A stretch of DNA of 25,527 bases, taken from a virus (taxonomy: Duplodnaviria > Caudoviricetes). Location of the stretch: positions 1-25,527 of the IMG/VR virus record IMGVR_UViG_3300020160_000250; one strand, written 5' to 3'. A program made the translations under genes and the position numbers. Positions 24,125 to 25,527 of the stretch are shown piece by piece. A model generated the notes under the pieces. The model saw only the letters and a program-made list of their open reading frames with translations. It did no database searches and was not told the DNA's origin. Positions within the stretch are counted from its first letter, which is position 1, and each line of letters opens with the position of its first letter.

Positions 24125-24152
24125 TGATTACACTACGGGTATACTATGTCAA
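24125..24152 (-). promoter_or_regulatory. Putative sigma70-type promoter for the VRR-NUC/polymerase operon
   Basis: TTGACA (24152-24147), a 16-nt spacer, then TAATCA (24130-24125), in an intergenic gap just upstream of the RBS. Confidence 0.5.
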
Positions 24153-24181
24153 GTCCAGTTTTGCTTACTCGGGTAAGGAAA

Positions 24182-25078
24182 TCATCCCGGCTCCTCTTTC
24201 TTATCCATAACGTAGTAGAGGTTAGCATGTATACGAGCGCCTACATTATCAATGGCGGTCTCGTCCTCGACTAGCTTGAGTAGACCAAGCGCACCACGGA
24301 TATGGTCTGGTAGTGTGGTATCAGTATAAGAGTGAGTCTCATACCCAGTGTTTATGGGTCGGGACGTAGCGTATGTGCCGTTGGGTTCAAGCTGCACGTT
24401 GACACCATTACCTTGGCTTACTGCCTCCTGCATCTGCATCGCGTGGCCGTTTGCCGCCACCAGACTCGGTAGGTCAATTCCCTTAGAGGATATTGGCAAG
24501 ATCAACTTGGCTTCTTCCCAGTGTCGCGCTGCATATAGAAAGAACTCTCCCTCAATACCTGCTTTGGCCCTACGCACAGGCACATTAGTCTCTTGCACCA
24601 AAGTGTTGACAACACTCCGGACAGCATTCTGCGCGTCAACAGCCCGTTCGGATGGGGTCTTCATGTGGAACGCCTTGACGATACGCTTGACTGCTACGTC
24701 TGACTTAGTTGTATAGCTCACGCTGTTGCGCTGCCGCTCTTGATGTAGCCGGAAGTTGTTGAAGCAGTAGCGCACCTCTTGGTCGCGCCAGTGGGTCTCT
24801 CTCCATAACTGCCCAAGCTTCTCATCCCCTTCGTAGATGTCGAAACGCACGGCGTGTTTTGTAACACTAACACCGTCACCACCACCATGGATTAGCTCGT
24901 AGGACTTGAACCGCCATGTCGGACGCTCACGCATCAGCTTGTCAAAGACTGGCTCCAAGTCTGGGTGTAATATGATAGAAAGTGCAGGGCGATGTGGCCT
25001 GTCGAGCGACTCCTCCCACACTATGTTCTTCATGGTATTCAAGTAAGTGTAACGGTTCTTCATGTCGTCAATAAACAT
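24182..25078 (-). CDS. Hypothetical phage protein (298 aa)
   Basis: Long ORF with TGATG coupling and an AGGAG SD. No motif recognised. Confidence 0.75.
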   Translation of the reverse strand: MFIDDMKNRYTYLNTMKNIVWEESLDRPHRPALSIILHPDLEPVFDKLMRERPTWRFKSYELIHGGGDGVSVTKHAVRFDIYEGDEKLGQLWRETHWRDQEVRYCFNNFRLHQERQRNSVSYTTKSDVAVKRIVKAFHMKTPSERAVDAQNAVRSVVNTLVQETNVPVRRAKAGIEGEFFLYAARHWEEAKLILPISSKGIDLPSLVAANGHAMQMQEAVSQGNGVNVQLEPNGTYATSRPINTGYETHSYTDTTLPDHIRGALGLLKLVEDETAIDNVGARIHANLYYVMDKKEEPG

Positions 25079-25269
25079 CAGTAGTCTCCTTCTTCTAATT
25101 TCTTCATTGCAATAACGTAGGCGTCTAGCTCGTCACGAGCCGCGATGTTGGGAAGCACATACTTCAAGCCAGTGCGGCCATCTCGGTAATACACTGCGAA
25201 GTATGTTGTCCCCGCATATCCTCTCCGATGCCATGCCGACACCTCGTATATCTGGTGCTCACCACTCAT
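25078..25269 (-). CDS. Hypothetical protein (63 aa)
   Basis: Overlaps both neighbours in a coupled arrangement. Confidence 0.6.
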   Translation of the reverse strand: MSGEHQIYEVSAWHRRGYAGTTYFAVYYRDGRTGLKYVLPNIAARDELDAYVIAMKKLEEGDY

Positions 25270-25525
25270 AGGACTTGAGGATGTTGTCGAGCTTGTCCTT
25301 CATATCGGTGCGGGTATCCTCGTCGCCCTTGATGTCTTCGATGTCCACACCAGCGATGGCACGCTCCAGCCCACGCCTTGCTTCTTCTAGCGTAGGGTCA
25401 CGGGTGATGTTGAGGTGGGTCAGCATACCGCACATCTCTTGCGCGTTGGTGATGAAGGTGTCGTGCCAGCGGCGCTTGTCCTCGTCCCCGTCCTCTGGTT
25501 CGGTCAGCTTCTCTGACATACGGAA
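25259..25525 (-). CDS. C-terminal part of a helical phage protein, possibly DUF3150-like (5'-truncated by window)
   Basis: The frame is open to the window edge. The LTHLNITRDPTLEEAR pattern recalls DUF3150-like phage proteins; tentative. Confidence 0.55.
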   Translation of the reverse strand, partial: FRMSEKLTEPEDGDEDKRRWHDTFITNAQEMCGMLTHLNITRDPTLEEARRGLERAIAGVDIEDIKGDEDTRTDMKDKLDNILKSYEW

Positions 25526-25527
25526 CA

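Noticed and set aside
24164-24177. Hairpin CTTAC-TCGG-GTAAG as a terminator
   Set aside because: Weak 5-bp stem with no U tract on the coding (-) strand.
11163-24716. + strand ORFs overlapping the replication genes (e.g. 13956-14471, 19073-19636, 23265-23723)
   Set aside because: They lie antisense to well-supported, tightly coupled - strand genes and encode no recognisable protein features.

Overview
Part of a tailed dsDNA phage or prophage genome with podovirus-like organisation and two convergent arms. The + arm (1-10710) carries three putative internal-virion/ejection genes. It ends in a 2844-aa polyvalent protein with a GHKL (Hsp90/MORC-type) ATPase, an HExxH zincin peptidase and a PLxRFG/LPD39-like C-terminus. 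The - arm (25527-10795) is a tightly coupled early/replication region: VRR-NUC, family A DNA polymerase (Leu762 type), an HTH-sigma70 region 4 fusion, a SAM methyltransferase, a GT-A glycosyltransferase, an HTH-DUF6378-like protein, a Cas4-like nuclease, an HNH-like protein, an SNF2 helicase, an SSB-like protein, an HTH and an AEP primase-DUF927 helicase. The main non-coding observation is at the junction of the arms: a candidate ~76-nt small RNA (10781-10706, - strand) with its own promoter-like element and terminator. It is complementary to the primase translation start (17/19 nt) and to an extended AGGAGCAAA(C) ribosome-binding motif shared by about six replication-arm genes. All family assignments come from motif recognition by eye; no database searches were run.
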